NCBI GenBank assembly: GCA_038727515.1
Contig: JAVYVS010000002.1
Span: 1-64,000 of the forward strand
From: Candidatus Methanomethylicia archaeon
GTDB taxonomy: Archaea; Thermoproteota; Methanomethylicia; Culexarchaeales; Culexarchaeaceae
Direction: 5' to 3'
Length of the DNA: 64,000 nucleotides
Under the pieces are notes generated by a model. The model was given only the letters and a program-made list of their open reading frames with translations, did no database searches and was not told where the DNA came from. The position numbers and the translations under genes were made by a program. This document shows positions 63,190 to 64,000 of the stretch, piece after piece. Each line of letters starts with the position of its first letter. The first letter of the stretch is position 1.

Positions 63190-64000
63190 TTGTCTGGGAA
63201 AATTGTTAAAATATGTATATTAAAACTTGGATGTGTAGGGTCATCACCACTTCTAGAATATGTGTTAGATGAGAGAGCTGATAGAGAGGATATTGAAGTT
63301 AGAGTTATTAGTGTTGGATCAAAGATGACTGAAACCCATGCCGCAGAACTAGCTGAAAGGGCTTTGAAGGAGGAATGTGATCTATATATTATTCCAAGTC
63401 CAAATGCTTCTTTACCGGGTCCAAGTAAAGTTAGAGAGATTTTAAGGGAGAAGGGTAAAAACATCATAGTTTTATCCGATGCTCCAGCTAGAAGGATAAC
63501 TAAGGAACTTGATGATAAGGGTATAGGATACATTATAGTGTTAGCTGATTCGATGATCGGTGCTCGTAGAGGATTTCTAGATCCAACTGAAATGGTTATG
63601 TATAATACCGATGTTATTAAAGTTCTTGCTTCCACTGGTGTTGTTAGACTTCTACAATTGGAATTGGATAATGTTATAAGTGCTTTGAAGCTTGGTGAAA
63701 AACCATCATTACCAAGGATTGTCGTAGATAAAGAGGTTGCTATTAAATATGCTGAATTTAGAAATCCATATGCTAAGGCTAAGGCTATGGCTGCATATGA
63801 AATTGCAGTTAAAGTTGCTGATCTAACTTCTGAGGGTTGCTTTAAAATTAAGGAGCGAGAAAGGTATATACCCATACTTGCAGCTGCACATGAAATGATG
63901 AGGTATGCTTCTCAACTTGTTGATGAAGCCCGTGAAATAGAGAAGTATGGTGATACGTTAATTAGAACTCCACATGCATCTGATGGTTCTATATTGTTCA
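63190..64000 (+). CDS. mtd: F420-dependent methylene-H4MPT dehydrogenase, 3' end beyond the window edge
   Basis: Hand translation from TTG 63190 (after GGAGGTGG): KLGCVG, LDERADREDI, SPNASLPGP, DSMIGARRGFLDPTEM, NPYAKAKA, AAAHE, RTPH. Confidence 0.93.
   Translation, partial: MSGKIVKICILKLGCVGSSPLLEYVLDERADREDIEVRVISVGSKMTETHAAELAERALKEECDLYIIPSPNASLPGPSKVREILREKGKNIIVLSDAPARRITKELDDKGIGYIIVLADSMIGARRGFLDPTEMVMYNTDVIKVLASTGVVRLLQLELDNVISALKLGEKPSLPRIVVDKEVAIKYAEFRNPYAKAKAMAAYEIAVKVADLTSEGCFKIKERERYIPILAAAHEMMRYASQLVDEAREIEKYGDTLIRTPHASDGSILF

Noticed and set aside
63141-63875. 244-aa minus-strand ORF
   Set aside because: Antisense shadow of mtd, which is clearly encoded on the plus strand.

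Overview
AT-rich archaeal chromosome segment, most likely from a thermophilic TACK/Thermoproteota lineage. This is inferred from the combination of an HMf-type histone, a crenarchaeal-style cbf5 intron, FBP aldolase/phosphatase and an H4MPT-linked Wood-Ljungdahl pathway. From left to right: (i) a decayed accessory island at the 3' end of tRNA-Phe (membrane protein, frameshifted rhomboid, frameshifted GC-richer wHTH gene); (ii) TET peptidase, thiI, a saccharopine-dehydrogenase-like gene and a Gfo/Idh/MocA-DUF362 fusion; (iii) tRNA-Ser(GGA) and cbf5, which is split by a 19-nt bulge-helix-bulge intron inside its catalytic Asp codon; (iv) the rpl22-to-rpl14e ribosomal superoperon, with rps19 flipped to the other strand; (v) transporters, a ferritin-like gene and an EVE-like/PD-(D/E)XK nuclease mini-island beside an intron-containing tRNA-Ser(CGA); (vi) histone, rps17e, a SerK-like/SAMP/ACD-alpha/IorAB run, a TFS-like paralog, ABCE1, fbp, tpiA, htpX and tRNA-Arg; (vii) BKACE plus ilvE, then a complete archaeal ACDS cluster (cdhABCDE, two CooC, CooT, RACo, DUF3786), a Btu-like ABC importer, a CofE-like gene, ftr and mtd (runs off the window). 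No CRISPR array, rRNA or intact transposase/integrase was seen. All calls come from motif recognition by eye; no searches were run.
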